Assembly (NCBI GenBank): GCA_910584525.1 | Contig: CAJUAT010000005.1 | Coordinates: 5,023 to 69,022 of the forward strand | DNA: 64,000 nucleotides | Origin: an uncultured Muribaculaceae bacterium | GTDB taxonomy: Bacteria; Bacteroidota; Bacteroidia; Bacteroidales; Muribaculaceae | Direction of reading: 5' to 3' | Shown here: positions 63,226 to 64,000 of the stretch, in pieces | How positions within the stretch are numbered: the stretch's first letter is position 1 | Layout of the letters: every line of letters begins with the position of its first letter | Program-made: the position numbers and the translations under genes | The notes under the pieces: model-generated | Told to the model about the DNA's origin: nothing | The model's input: the letters and a program-made list of their open reading frames with translations, nothing else | The model's database searches: none

Positions 63226-63277
63226 TCTAACTATTTTATATTTTAGCTTCCTACAAAATTAATGATTTTCCATGACA

Positions 63278-64000
63278 TTACAATCCTGCGCCACCAATCT
63301 TTTTACGGAAACATATGGCAAGATAGAGTTCCCGTATGAGCAGATAGAGGTCAAAAGCCATCCACAGGAGGGTGAAGCTGTCGGTGACATGCCCGTCATG
63401 GCAGGTGACGACAAAAAACACAAGAGCCGCCGTGAGCGTAGCCCGCAGCATGGCGCCGGCCTGCGTGATGCCCACATAAATGCCGTCGAAAACGAAGGCC
63501 AGCACCGTCAATGCCGGTAGCAACACCATCCACAACCGCATGTCGGCGACACGCGCCAGCACATCCTCCTTGTCGGTGATCGCCTCCGCAATATTGCCGC
63601 TCCACAAGGCATAGACCAGCAGGAAGAGCGCTCCCATACCAGCCCCCCACCACAGCAGCGTCCTGACGCTCCGCCGCAACATCACCATGTCGCTGCCGCC
63701 ATAATAGCGGCCTGCCATGGCCTCCCCGGCAAAGGCAAAGCCATCCATGAAATAGCTGAAGAAGATGAAGAACTGCATCATTACGGCATTCGCGGCCAGC
63801 GTAACACTCCCCATCCGCGATGCAAAGGAGGTCATGGCAAACGATACCGCCATGATGCATGCCGACCGCAGCAACAACGCCCCGTTCACCCGGAAAAATC
63901 CTTCCCAGCCTTCCTTCTCGCCGGCTCTGACAGTCTCTACGGAGTCTTTTCTCGCCATATTCCAGCTTGGCTGTTCTCTCTCCTTTCTCTCCTCTCTCTT
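63278..64000 (-). CDS. MATE family efflux transporter (DinF-like), C-terminal half
   Basis: LAANAVMMQFF..FSYFMDGFAFAGEA, AFVFDGIYVG; frame open to the window end. Confidence 0.9.
   Translation of the reverse strand, partial: KREERKEREQPSWNMARKDSVETVRAGEKEGWEGFFRVNGALLLRSACIMAVSFAMTSFASRMGSVTLAANAVMMQFFIFFSYFMDGFAFAGEAMAGRYYGGSDMVMLRRSVRTLLWWGAGMGALFLLVYALWSGNIAEAITDKEDVLARVADMRLWMVLLPALTVLAFVFDGIYVGITQAGAMLRATLTAALVFFVVTCHDGHVTDSFTLLWMAFDLYLLIRELYLAICFRKKIGGAGL

Overview
GC-rich Bacteroidales chromosome segment, most likely Muribaculaceae (inferred from TAnnTTTG promoters, T9SS-type C-termini, DUF6562-like pilins and oxalate genes). I see no phage, transposase, integrase or CRISPR array. Most genes are on the minus strand. 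Contents in order: rnpB, yihY, a BspA-type LRR surface protein, an OM beta-barrel, a glycogen cluster (debranching enzyme, GT4, GH57), a ~17.4 kb energy operon, a TonB receptor plus lipoprotein, rnz, alpha-2-macroglobulin, an ECF sigma/anti-sigma cluster interrupted by an amino-acid antiporter, two tandem type V pilin-like lipoproteins, an oxalate operon (frc-oxc-AEC transporter), grpE-dnaJ, and DUF3822-rsmD-ribBA-S9 peptidase-ispE plus a MATE gene. The most striking feature is that a complete F1Fo ATP synthase operon (atpD-C-B-E-F-H-A-G) sits inside the NuoEFG-less complex I operon, between nuoH and nuoI. It appears to share one promoter and one terminator with the nuo genes, and its a-subunit carries a lipoprotein-like signal and a long soluble N-terminal region. 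Secondary signals: several long palindromic or foldback intergenic elements, a candidate ECF-driven sRNA, recurring ECF-like promoter motifs, and a sigma54-type site upstream of grpE.
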